Shown here: positions 21,365 to 31,082 of the stretch, in pieces | How the letters are laid out: each line of letters starts with the position of its first letter | Position numbering within the stretch: position 1 is the first letter of the stretch | Assembly: GCA_965226495.1 (NCBI GenBank) | Contig: OZ245365.1 | Span: forward strand, 5,952,001-6,016,000 | DNA length: 64,000 nucleotides | Direction of reading: 5' to 3' | From: Candidatus Marinacidobacterales bacterium | Lineage (GTDB): Bacteria > Acidobacteriota > Vicinamibacteria > Marinacidobacterales > DATDRI01 | Notes under the pieces: model-generated | Databases searched by the model: none | Told to the model about the DNA's origin: nothing | Seen by the model: only the letters and a program-made list of their open reading frames with translations | Position numbers and translations under genes: made by a program

Positions 21365-22500
21365 CTACTCGTACCGGAGCGTGATGATCGGATCGATCCG
21401 CGCCGCCCGAAGTGCAGGAATCAGGCTGGCGACGAGTGCAACGACTACGAGCACCAGCGGGGTTCCGATAAACGTCAGCGGATCGTGGGGGCTTATGCCG
21501 TACAGCATACTGCCCATGGCTCGAGAGATGGCGAAAGCGCCCAGCATCCCTAGCGTTAGACCAAAGACAACGGGAGTGACACCCTTGCGCATCACGGTCG
21601 CCATGACATCTGTCCCGCGAGCGCCGAGAGCCATGCGAACCCCTATCTCGTGTCTCCGTTCGCTCACAAAGTATGAAACCACTCCGAACACCCCGGAGAT
21701 CGCGAGACCCAGCGCCACCAACGCGAAGTATCCCATGAGACTCGTTAGGACGAAGCTGCCGGCTACGTCGTCGTAGAGGATCTCTCTCATCGTTCGTGTG
21801 TCGTAGATTGTCTGATCGGGATTCATTTCCCATATGGCGTCGCGAACGCTGGGCAGTACCGTCAAGGTGGTAGATTTCCTTCCAGCTCGTTGAAGAACGG
21901 ACCGGCTCGGTTTTCTTTGTCGCCCGAAGCCGTTCGCACGTCGAGGGGAAGGGTCAGGAGGTTCTCGGTATCGAAGCCGGGATCCATATCACTAAGGGCG
22001 TGCACGCTGCGGATCGTCAGGACGGCTACGACCAGGAGCACCAATGCCAACGATGACTGAGCAGCAACGAGAGCCGAGCTAAAGCGGTGTCTTCCGGCTC
22101 CGGAACGGCCTCCCGCCTCTTTGAGCTCCTGACTCAACTTGGGCTTCGAGGCGCGGAGCGATGGCAAGAGGCCGAACACGATGGGGGTCACCAGCGCGAG
22201 ACCGAGCACAATTAGCGTCCTTTCCTCACCACCGACTCGGCTCTCAGCCATAGCCAAGCGGTGTCCAGATCTCTACGTCTCGAAACAAACCCAGCTCGAG
22301 CTTGGGCGGCATGACACCCACCACGGTGGTTGGGTTTCCGTCCAACACGATCTGTCGACCGGCGATCCCACGGTCCGCCTCGAACCGGCGTTCCCAGGAG
22401 CCGTGGCCCAGGATGGCGACGTTCTCACTGGCGGGGGAGTCTTCTTGAGCTGAAAACGCGCGCCCCATGAGCGGAGAGAGAAGCTCGGCTGGAAGTTCCT
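21365..22500 (-). pseudogene. Fragmented ADOP/MacB-FtsX ABC permease
   Basis: Pieces in several frames: GRAFSAQED, DPGFDTENLL, EIGVRMALGA, RAARIDPIITLRYE; large internal deletions. Confidence 0.82.
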
Positions 22501-22555
22501 CCTCCGAAAATCCAAGAGGCTTTGATAAGCCGAACAATGTTGATATCTTCCATCG

Positions 22556-23719
22556 GTGGTCGAACTTGGCAGGCTTAGTAGACGCTACGCGGTCGTTGGC
22601 ATCGGCGAGGCCCGCATCGGGAGGCGAGAGGACCTCACCGGAATTCAACTTGCCGTCGAAGCCACGGACAATGCTGTCTCAGACGCCGGTTTATCCTACG
22701 GTGCTATCGACGCCATACTGAGTCACGCACCGTACGGAGACCCCGAGTTTCTCTATACGATCAAGCTCGCCGAGGCACTCGGCATCCAGCCGTCGTTTGC
22801 CTTCGACCTTCACATCGGTGGCGCGACACCGTGTGCGGCCGCGGCGGTTGCCGCCGGGGCGATCGAAGCCGGCCTGTGCGAGACCGTACTGTATGTCGGT
22901 GCGGAAGCGATGTGGTCACAGTACAAAGAGGGGCGCCCCACCCACGGAAAGTTTCGCTGGGGATATGAAGACTTCGAAGAGCCTTTCGGTCTCGTGGAAG
23001 CGGCCCCGGCTTACGCGCTCTTCGCTCGTCGACATATGCACGAGTTCGGTACTACCCACGAGCAGCTGGGAGCCATAGCGGTCACGACCCGTCGTCACGC
23101 CACGATGAATGACAACGCTCAGATGAGCAAACCCATCACCATGGACGACTATCTCGGATCGCGATGGATAGCGGAGCCCTTTCGCCTGCTCGATTGTTCG
23201 CTCATTTCCGACTTCGGGGGTGCCTTCATCATCACATCTTTGGAACGGGCTCGGGATCTTGCGAACCGACCGGCTATTATCCTCGGCGCCGCACAGCAAC
23301 ACACGCACCGTTTCGTAACCTCCGCAGACCTCACTCAGTGCGGTGCCGCTAAAGCGGGGCCGCGCGCCTTCGAGATGGCCGGGCTTCAACCGAAGGATAT
23401 AGATGTGGCGGAGCTCTATGACTCTTTTACTTACACCGCGCTCGTCCAACTCGAAGACTACGGGTTTTGTGGAAAAGGTGAGGGGGGACCTTATGTAGAG
23501 AGCGTCGGGACCGCCCTAGGAGGTAAACTACCGGTGAACACGCACGGCGGACTCCTCTCGCAGGCTCACGCCGACGGAATCCTTCATCTGACCGAGGCGG
23601 TCAAACAGCTTCGGGGCACTTGTGGTCAGCGGCAGGTCGAAGGCGCTGAGGTGGCGCTGGTGAGCGGAAGCGGTGGCATCTTCGCAACGCACAGTAGCTT
23701 GATCCTTGGGCTCGAGTGA
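22556..23719 (+). CDS. Thiolase-like (SCP-x/Ltp2-type) protein
   Basis: AVVGIG, LLDCSLISD, AELYDSFT, PVNTHGGLLS. Confidence 0.9.
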   Translation: MVELGRLSRRYAVVGIGEARIGRREDLTGIQLAVEATDNAVSDAGLSYGAIDAILSHAPYGDPEFLYTIKLAEALGIQPSFAFDLHIGGATPCAAAAVAAGAIEAGLCETVLYVGAEAMWSQYKEGRPTHGKFRWGYEDFEEPFGLVEAAPAYALFARRHMHEFGTTHEQLGAIAVTTRRHATMNDNAQMSKPITMDDYLGSRWIAEPFRLLDCSLISDFGGAFIITSLERARDLANRPAIILGAAQQHTHRFVTSADLTQCGAAKAGPRAFEMAGLQPKDIDVAELYDSFTYTALVQLEDYGFCGKGEGGPYVESVGTALGGKLPVNTHGGLLSQAHADGILHLTEAVKQLRGTCGQRQVEGAEVALVSGSGGIFATHSSLILGLE

Positions 23720-23720
23720 G

Positions 23721-24140
23721 ATGGAAAAACCCGCTTCTTTGCCTATTCCCGATCCCGACAGCCGGCCCTTTTGGCAGGCGTGTCAGGAGGAGAGGCTCGT
23801 TGCGCAGGCCTGTGGCGGCTGTGGTAAGTTGCGCTTGCCACCCTTGCCGGCCTGTCCGGAGTGCCACTCTCGGGATTTCCAGTGGGAGGAGCTTTCGGGG
23901 CTCGGTTCGGTGTGGAGTTTTACGGTCGTACACCATGCGTTTCGGCCGAACCTTGAAGGCAAAGTTCCCTACACCGTAGGACTAATAGATTTGGATAAAG
24001 GCCCGCGTATCGTGGGCAAGATCGTTGCCGGGGATCGCGACGCGAGTATCGGCGCGAGAGTGCGAGTCCGGTTCGAAGAGGTCGAGGGGACGCGCTTGCC
24101 GTACTTCGCGCTGGAGCCCGACACTACAATACTTAGCTAG
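23721..24140 (+). CDS. DUF35 Zn-ribbon/OB-fold protein
   Basis: PFW, CGGC...CPEC, GSVWSFTVVH; typical thiolase partner. Confidence 0.9.
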   Translation: MEKPASLPIPDPDSRPFWQACQEERLVAQACGGCGKLRLPPLPACPECHSRDFQWEELSGLGSVWSFTVVHHAFRPNLEGKVPYTVGLIDLDKGPRIVGKIVAGDRDASIGARVRVRFEEVEGTRLPYFALEPDTTILS

Positions 24141-24159
24141 GCTGAGGAGCACAGAAAAG

Positions 24160-25335
24160 ATGAAATGGCCCGCCGATCGATTGGCAAGTCAACTCGACAA
24201 GAGCTTTGGACTGTATGAAGTCGCTAGCGAGATGGAGAAAGCTGGCGCGGACGACATCATCCACCTGGAGGTGGGGAGACCTTGGTTCGACACCCCCTCC
24301 CATATCAAAGAGGCATCGAAGACCGCCTTGGACAACGGGGTCGTACACTATGGCGATCTACGGGGCAACACCAAGCTTCGCCAAGCACTGACCAAGAAGC
24401 TCAAGGAGTTCAACCGCATCGAAGTGGTTCCCGACGAGGTTTTGATTACCAACGGTCTGACTCAGGCTTCTTTTGCAACCTTTATGGCAGGGCTCGAGGT
24501 AGGGGACGAAGTGATCGTCTTCGAGCCCTACTATCCGCAACACAACAAGAAGATCGAGCTCTTGGGAGCAAAAGTGGTCACCGTCCCGCTCGCAAAGGCT
24601 GAAGGGTACCGGCTGGACCCGGACGCGTTGGAGAAGGCGATCACACCGAAGACGCGCATGATCGTCTTCGTCAACCCCGCCAACCCGGTGGGAAGAGTGT
24701 TTACACATGACGAGCTCTCCGAGCTGGCCGAGATCGCAACCAAACACGATCTGCTGGTGCTAACGGACGAAGTCTACGAGTATGTGACCTACGATGACAA
24801 CCAGCACCTGAGTTTGGCGGCGCTCCCCGGGATGCGCGATCGAACCATCAGTACCTATGCCTTCACCAAGGCTTATGCGATGGATGGTTGGCGGCTGGGC
24901 TACGTCGCGGCGAAGAAGGAGTTCGTAGACGCGGTCTACAAAGTGGTCATGAACGAGACCACTCACCCCAACGTGTTCGCCCAGGAAGGAGCCCTGGCCG
25001 CGGTCGTCGGCTCACAAGACTGCGTTCGGGAGATGGTCGAAGACGATCGGAGGTGCAGGGATCTCGTGCACGAACGTTTGAACGCGATGCCCAAGGTCCA
25101 ATGCGCCAAACCTCAAGCCACGATCTACGCCTTTCCTGATTTCGGCGAGTGGGGCAAGTCGTCCGATGACCTGGCAGATGAGCTCTTGAGGGAAACGCAT
25201 GTGGCTATCGAATCTGGGACTTTCTATGGGGCGACCGGGGAAGGTCACCTCAGGATCTGTTTCGGCTCCGAGCCCTATGAGAAGCTTGTCGAAGCGATGG
25301 ATCGCATCGAGGCCTATCTTAAAAAGAAGGCCTAG
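24160..25335 (+). CDS. PLP-dependent class I/II aminotransferase
   Basis: VNPANPVG, DEVYE, TKAYAMDGWRLGY. Confidence 0.92.
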   Translation: MKWPADRLASQLDKSFGLYEVASEMEKAGADDIIHLEVGRPWFDTPSHIKEASKTALDNGVVHYGDLRGNTKLRQALTKKLKEFNRIEVVPDEVLITNGLTQASFATFMAGLEVGDEVIVFEPYYPQHNKKIELLGAKVVTVPLAKAEGYRLDPDALEKAITPKTRMIVFVNPANPVGRVFTHDELSELAEIATKHDLLVLTDEVYEYVTYDDNQHLSLAALPGMRDRTISTYAFTKAYAMDGWRLGYVAAKKEFVDAVYKVVMNETTHPNVFAQEGALAAVVGSQDCVREMVEDDRRCRDLVHERLNAMPKVQCAKPQATIYAFPDFGEWGKSSDDLADELLRETHVAIESGTFYGATGEGHLRICFGSEPYEKLVEAMDRIEAYLKKKA

Positions 25336-25338
25336 CTC

Positions 25339-26775
25339 TTGACCGTCTACGACCTGCTCGCGCGGCGGGCTAGTGACCGTGGCGACCAGCCGTTCCTGGT
25401 CGGTGAAGACCGTACCCAGTCTGCTTCGGAGATGCTCGCATGGAGCGACGAGTGGGGTGACCGCTTCCAAAGCGCTGGCGTCAAGCTTGGCGACAGGGTT
25501 CTCCTAAAGCTCCCTAACTCTCCCGAATTTCTCGCCATCTGGTTCGGCCTGGCTCGACAAAGCGCGGTGATGGTTCCGATCAACCCGGCTTCGGCGCCCG
25601 CGGAAGTTGACTGGTTGATCGAACACTCGCAAGCTCGCGCGATGGTCGACCTCGATGGGCTGAAAGATTGCCCCGACACCGGAAGCGACGTCCATCTGCC
25701 GGAGGATACCGCGGCGGTTCTTTATACATCGGGTTCCACCGGGAAACCCAAAGGCTGCATGCTTTCTCACGAATACTATGAGATTGGGGGACGGGTTGCG
25801 GCGGATGCCATGGAACTCACGCCCAAAGACCGTCTTCTCATGATGCTCCCTTTGTTTCACATGAACGCTCAAGTCACGAGCGTTTATGCGGCGCTTCTCT
25901 CGGGAGCGACCGTTGTTTGGATAGAGCGCTTCAGCCTGTCGCAGTTTTGGAGTCAGGTAGATCTGCTGAAGCCGAGCCAAACATTCTTGATCGGGGCCAT
26001 TCCGGTTCTCCTCGCCCGAGCGCAAGAAGGCAAGCGTTCCAGCAGTCTCCGCAAAGTCTTCTGCGCCGGCTTGCAGGACGACCTACGGGCTGAATGCGAG
26101 GAGCGATTCGGATTCCAGATGATCGAAGGGTACGGTCTCACCGAAGGGGGAGTGGTCACCATGGAGCGACTCGGGGAGCCCCACCTGCCCGGATCGGCGG
26201 GCCGGCGGGTCCCCGGAAAAACGGTCGAGATTCGAAGCTCCGACGGGACGCGCTGCAAGGCGGGTGAGGATGGAACCATTTGGGTTGGTGGAGAAGGGTT
26301 GATGTCCGGTTATCTCGGCAACCCGGAGGCGACGGCCGAGGCCTTTCCAGAAGAAGGTTGGCTGCGCACTAACGACGTGGGCCATATCGATGCCGAAGGG
26401 CATCTGCACTTCACGGGTCGCGGCGGCGACATCGTTCGCCGGTCGGGAGAGAACATTTCCCTGAGCGAGGTGGAGGTCGTCCTGCGATCGCACCCGGCGG
26501 TCTCCGAGGCCGCACTGCTCGCGGTGCCCGATGAGATCTATGGCGTGGAGCTCCAAGCGTATGTCGTTTTGAGTGAAGAAGCGACGGCTACCGGCAAAGC
26601 ACTGTACGACCACTGCGCGAGCGAGCTCACTCCTCACAAAGTCCCACGCTCGATTCATCTGTGTCGGGACTTGCCTCGGACCGGTATGGAGCGGGTCAGC
26701 AAGGCTCGGTTAAAAGAAACAGGACCCATCGAAGAGTACGAGACCTTCGAGCGGCCGAGCAAGCGTTCCGTTTAG
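25339..26775 (+). CDS. AMP-binding acyl-CoA synthetase (CaiC-like)
   Basis: YTSGSTGKPKG, PLFHMNA, EGYGLTE, RRSGENIS. Confidence 0.9.
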   Translation: MTVYDLLARRASDRGDQPFLVGEDRTQSASEMLAWSDEWGDRFQSAGVKLGDRVLLKLPNSPEFLAIWFGLARQSAVMVPINPASAPAEVDWLIEHSQARAMVDLDGLKDCPDTGSDVHLPEDTAAVLYTSGSTGKPKGCMLSHEYYEIGGRVAADAMELTPKDRLLMMLPLFHMNAQVTSVYAALLSGATVVWIERFSLSQFWSQVDLLKPSQTFLIGAIPVLLARAQEGKRSSSLRKVFCAGLQDDLRAECEERFGFQMIEGYGLTEGGVVTMERLGEPHLPGSAGRRVPGKTVEIRSSDGTRCKAGEDGTIWVGGEGLMSGYLGNPEATAEAFPEEGWLRTNDVGHIDAEGHLHFTGRGGDIVRRSGENISLSEVEVVLRSHPAVSEAALLAVPDEIYGVELQAYVVLSEEATATGKALYDHCASELTPHKVPRSIHLCRDLPRTGMERVSKARLKETGPIEEYETFERPSKRSV

Positions 26776-26777
26776 CT
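26521..26777 (+). repeat. 257-bp direct repeat, copy 1 (3' end of the acyl-CoA synthetase gene)
   Basis: Near-identical to 37214-37470. Confidence 0.9.
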
Positions 26778-26799
26778 GTGACCTTGCCCGAGAAAAGGA

Positions 26800-27035
26800 T
26801 AGGAAAATTTCATCCGCGTCCGAGCGCCGGCCGCCGCGTCTATGCCGAAGCGCTCGCGACGACAGAGTACTTGGAGGCGCGCCGCGGACAAGTCTCGTTC
26901 GTCAAGATCCTGCCGTTTCTCGCCCGGAACAAGATGATGAACGAGGCTTTGAAGGCGGTGGTCGGCCTCGACTGCCAGGAATTCCAGACCACGTGGGAAG
27001 CCGACCTCGACCGGTTCCGCCCACGCGGGCATTGA
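26800..27035 (+). pseudogene. Orphan C-terminal gene fragment (possibly peptidase MA-like)
   Basis: YAEALATTEYL...LDCQEFQTTWEADL* with no credible start. Confidence 0.35.
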
Positions 27036-27138
27036 CCCGCAAGCGAAGATTCTTGGCGCGGTTTCAGGCCTCGAGCGCTCGCATCACGGATCGGCCACTG
27101 GCACTGGCAAATGGAAACTGATATACGCTGGGCTCGTA

Positions 27139-27879
27139 ATGTCCAAGCTATCGACCCGCCGAACACTGATCGCAGGAGTCCTTTCGCCGCTTCTTGCCGC
27201 CCTTCTAGGCGCGGGTGTCTACACAGGACTGACACAGGCGAGTGCGGATCGCGACGCCGATTTCGCCTTTCGACTCTCGATGACGACCCTGGTCATGGTC
27301 TTGCCATTCGTGCTGACACTCCTCGCCGCTCTGGGCGATCGGCGCCGTCAGGCATTCACGACGTCCGGCAAGGTCGGTCTCGCTCTGGCGATTCTCTCTC
27401 TGGCTCTCGCCTGGCTTCCCGTCCGCGGCATGCTCGCCCGCATGCGACAGGCCGAGAACCTCGCTCTGACCGGCGTTGCCGCACCCCCCTTCGATACTGT
27501 GGATATCAACGGCGACCCTCACCGTCTCGGCGAGCACGAAGGCAAAGTCGTGCTCGTGAACATTTGGGCGACCTGGTGCACCCCGTGCCGCGTGGAGATG
27601 CCTGAGCTCGAGCGGCTGTATCAGGAACGCAAGGACGAGGGGTTCATGATCTTCGGTATTTCCACCGAGGACGTGGAGACCCAGCAGAGATTTTCCAAAG
27701 AGATCAAAGTAAGCTACCCGCTTCTCACGGACCAGGGCGAGGTACCCGAAATTTACAGAACCACGGCACGTTACCCCGTGAACTTTCTCATCGATCGAGA
27801 GGGTCGACTGCAACCGGGGCCGAGCACGGACCAGCCTTTCGAGAACCTCGAGGCTGCCGTCGAAGCGCTTCTGCAGTGA
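27139..27879 (+). CDS. Membrane-anchored TlpA-family thiol:disulfide oxidoreductase
   Basis: 3 TM helices, then GKVVLVNIWATWCTPCRVEMP. Confidence 0.9.
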   Translation: MSKLSTRRTLIAGVLSPLLAALLGAGVYTGLTQASADRDADFAFRLSMTTLVMVLPFVLTLLAALGDRRRQAFTTSGKVGLALAILSLALAWLPVRGMLARMRQAENLALTGVAAPPFDTVDINGDPHRLGEHEGKVVLVNIWATWCTPCRVEMPELERLYQERKDEGFMIFGISTEDVETQQRFSKEIKVSYPLLTDQGEVPEIYRTTARYPVNFLIDREGRLQPGPSTDQPFENLEAAVEALLQ

Positions 27880-27913
27880 GAAAGCAACTAAAAATCGTCC
27901 AGCGTTGACCGCA

Positions 27914-28086
27914 CCGGCGAGGCTCTATACGACCACTGCGCGAGCGAGCTGACTCCTCACAAGGTCCCACGCTCCACTCATCTGTGTCGGGACCTGCCGC
28001 GGACCTGTATGGAGCGGGTCAGCAAGGCTCGTTTGAAGGAGACCGGACTGATCGAGGAGGACGAGAGGTTCGAGCGCCCGGACAAG
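27914..28086 (+). repeat. Degenerate third copy of the acyl-CoA synthetase 3' end
   Basis: TACGACCACTGCGCGAGCGAGCT...GGAGCGGGTCAGCAAGGCTCG. Confidence 0.85.
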
Positions 28087-28160
28087 CCCACGACCGTGAG
28101 GGCGGGGCGATGCCCGAGGCCGGACATGCTCGAGGTCTGAGGCATCGCTTCGTGATTCGT

Positions 28161-29720
28161 CTAGCGCTGCGGCGGCCGGTCTTCAGGTGGAGGCGTGGGC
28201 TGAGGAGGCTTCGCGTAGATGTCGATAGCCTTTGCGTTCTCCTCTTCCACTGACGGTGGCGATACGCCGGCGGCGAGCATCACCGCCTCCAAAGCTGCCA
28301 CGGTCACGGCCGAGGGCTTGAAGTTGCCGAATCGGTATCCGCGGGCGATCGACAGCGGCGTCCATCCGTACTTGTTGCGCTGGTTCCAGATCTCGATCTC
28401 AGCACCGTTGGCGGCGACGAACTCCACGGCCTTTGGCAGGTTCTTGTACGCCGCGCCGTGCATGGCGGTCTCACCGTTGTCGTCGACCGCACTCACGTCG
28501 GCGCCGAGATCCAACGCCACCTGCAACGCCTCCAACACTTCTTCCTCCGTGCCGGCGTGTTCGCCGGGCGACACCGTCCCGAGTCCGGCCGCCACCATCA
28601 GCGGCGTGCTGTTCTCGACGTTTCCCAGCAACGGATCCGCCCCCAGCTCGGCCAGCGTCCTCATCAACTCGGCGTCCGCGGTCAGAGCAGCCAGCAGGAA
28701 CGGCGTCGCACCGAGCTCGTTGAACCCTGTGTTGTTCAAGCCTGGCCGCTCCGTCATCCGCGCGTTCAAGTCCGCGGCATCGGCCGCAAGCCGCCTGACG
28801 AACTCGAGACTGGTCGTGGTGCCGGACCCGTCGGGCGGCGGATTGTTGTCGCCGGCGCCTGGCTTGCGGACTCTCGCGAGCATGTGCAGGACGGTGTATC
28901 CCGGCAGGTCGGCATTCGGATCGGCGCCGGCATCCAGGAGCTCTGCCGCCAGGTTGAAATGCGCGTTCGTGACTGCCACCAGCAGCGCGCTGGAGCCAGG
29001 CCGGATCGACTGCCCTCCAGGGAGAGGCCGAATCCGCTCGGGAGACTCGATGGGTGTGGTCTCGTTCGCGTCGGCGCCCGCCCGCAGCAGGGCCCGCACA
29101 ACCCCGATCCGCCCTTCCCTGGCGGCAAACAACAGAGGTGTAAACCCGGAGTCCAGCGGCGTGCGGAAATCCGCTCCGGCCTTGATGAGCTCCTCCACCA
29201 CGTCGACGTGACCCTCCGCCGCCGCCCACATGAGGGCCGTCTGTCCACGCCGACTCTCCTTGGCGTGAACCTCGGCGCGGCCCGCTAGCAGGGCCTTCAC
29301 GGCTCCGATGCTGCCCGTGCGCGCGGCGGTCATCAACGCAGTTTCGCCTCCGGGCAGCGTGGTGTTGGGGTCGGCGCCGGCATCCAGCAAACGCTCGACC
29401 ATGGGGCCGTTGGCGTTCGTGCAGGCCAGCGACAGCGGCGTCACACCATAGCGGTTCACCGCTTTCACGTCGGCTCCGACACGCACCAGCAGTTCCACTA
29501 ATTCCAGATCGTCGTGATACGCCGCCCAGTGCAGCGCCGTCATCCCATCGACCTGAGGCGCGTTCACGTCAATCGGCTGCTGCAGCTGACTGCGAATGGT
29601 TGCCCGATCCAACTCTTCGACCGCGTCCGCCAGCGGGGCGTCGGAGTCGGCGGCGACCAGCGTTGCCGTCGAGAAGAGAGGAACCATCAGGCATCTGCCA
29701 AACGCTCGTCTAACTTTCAT
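28161..29720 (-). CDS. Secreted ankyrin-repeat protein
   Basis: Repeated TALHWAA/TPLSLAC/TALMWAA units; signal peptide. Confidence 0.92.
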   Translation of the reverse strand: MKVRRAFGRCLMVPLFSTATLVAADSDAPLADAVEELDRATIRSQLQQPIDVNAPQVDGMTALHWAAYHDDLELVELLVRVGADVKAVNRYGVTPLSLACTNANGPMVERLLDAGADPNTTLPGGETALMTAARTGSIGAVKALLAGRAEVHAKESRRGQTALMWAAAEGHVDVVEELIKAGADFRTPLDSGFTPLLFAAREGRIGVVRALLRAGADANETTPIESPERIRPLPGGQSIRPGSSALLVAVTNAHFNLAAELLDAGADPNADLPGYTVLHMLARVRKPGAGDNNPPPDGSGTTTSLEFVRRLAADAADLNARMTERPGLNNTGFNELGATPFLLAALTADAELMRTLAELGADPLLGNVENSTPLMVAAGLGTVSPGEHAGTEEEVLEALQVALDLGADVSAVDDNGETAMHGAAYKNLPKAVEFVAANGAEIEIWNQRNKYGWTPLSIARGYRFGNFKPSAVTVAALEAVMLAAGVSPPSVEEENAKAIDIYAKPPQPTPPPEDRPPQR

Positions 29721-29729
29721 CGCGACTCC

Positions 29730-31082
29730 TCAGCCCGTCAGAGAAACCGGTTCCAGCAGGGTGTCGATCTTGCCGGTGCTATCGGCGAACGACTCGAGAT
29801 GCACGCCCACACTGTCGAGCAACGTGAGGTGAAGATTGGCCATCGGTGTCGGTTCCGCGTACTTGATGTGACGTCCTCCCCGAGCCTTGCCGGCCCCGCC
29901 GCCGGCGACGACGATCGGCAGGTTCACGTGGTCATGCACGTTGGGGTTGCCCATCCCGCTGCCATACAGGTAGAGCGAATGGTCGAGTAGTGAGCCGTCG
30001 CCCTCCGACACGGACGCCAGCCTCTCGAGGAAGTAGGCGAACAGCGACACGTGGAACTGGTTGATCTTGGCGATCTTCGCGACCTTCTCCGGATCCTTCC
30101 CGTGATGCGAGGTGGGGTGGTGCGGATCGGGAACGCCGATCTCGGGGTAGGTTCGGTTGCTCGACTCGCGAGCGAGCTGAAACGTAATCACCCGGGTGAC
30201 GTCGGCTTGCAGAGCCAACACCTGCAAGTCGAACATCAGCTTTGCGTGGTCGGCATAGGCGGCCGGTACGCCGGCCGGACGATCCAGGTCGGGCAGCGGG
30301 TCGTCCAGCGACTTCCCTTCGGCCTTCTGAATGCGGCGCTCCAGCTCGCGGACGGAATCGAGATACTCGCCGACCTTGACGCGATCGCCTGGGCCGAGCT
30401 TCCTCTGTAGGCGAGCGATGTCTTCACGAATCCAATCGAGCAGGCTGGCCTGTCTGCCCAAGGCAGCGCGCCGGTCCTGGGCGCTGCCCCCCTCACCGAA
30501 CAGACGCTCGAACACGATCCGCGGGTGGGCCTCGGCCGGTAGCGGCGTCGTTGGTGACGACCACGAGAGGTTGTTCTGGTAGACGCATGCATAGCCGTTG
30601 TCGCACTGACCGACCATGTCCATCAAATCCATGGCCAACTCCAGAGACCGCAGCTGGGTGTTCTGACCAATCTGCTGGGCGGCTATTTGATCGACTGTCG
30701 TTCCCAGGTAGTAGTCCGTGCTTTCTGTCCACTTCGCCTTGGCCGCGCTCAGAAAGGAGGAATTGGACGTGGCATGGGTCCCGGGATAGGCGTTCTTCAA
30801 CTCCAGGTTGCTCACCACCGTGATCTGATCCCTGACCGGGGCGAGCGGGCTGAGGCTAGAGGAAAGCTCGGTCAGGCGACCGGCCTCGTCTGGCGGCGTC
30901 CACTGGGAGTGCTCACATCCCATCGGCATGTACACGAAGCCCAAGCGACGCACCGGACTGGCTGGCGTCTTGGCAAGGGCCGTCATGGAGGGAACCATCG
31001 CATCCAGCAAGGGCAGCGCCACCGTGGCGCCCAAGCCCCGCAAGAACGTGCGGCGAGGGAGTGCCTTCTTCGAGATGATCAA
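29730..31082 (-). CDS. DUF1552 family protein (Tat-like N-terminus)
   Basis: LPRRTFLRG...LPLLDAM; TTG start overlaps the upstream stop. Confidence 0.88.
   Translation of the reverse strand: MIISKKALPRRTFLRGLGATVALPLLDAMVPSMTALAKTPASPVRRLGFVYMPMGCEHSQWTPPDEAGRLTELSSSLSPLAPVRDQITVVSNLELKNAYPGTHATSNSSFLSAAKAKWTESTDYYLGTTVDQIAAQQIGQNTQLRSLELAMDLMDMVGQCDNGYACVYQNNLSWSSPTTPLPAEAHPRIVFERLFGEGGSAQDRRAALGRQASLLDWIREDIARLQRKLGPGDRVKVGEYLDSVRELERRIQKAEGKSLDDPLPDLDRPAGVPAAYADHAKLMFDLQVLALQADVTRVITFQLARESSNRTYPEIGVPDPHHPTSHHGKDPEKVAKIAKINQFHVSLFAYFLERLASVSEGDGSLLDHSLYLYGSGMGNPNVHDHVNLPIVVAGGGAGKARGGRHIKYAEPTPMANLHLTLLDSVGVHLESFADSTGKIDTLLEPVSLTG

Noticed and set aside
27139-27879. TlpA and thioredoxin (18284-18625) as additional selenoproteins
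   Set aside because: Both have ordinary CxxC motifs encoded by Cys codons.
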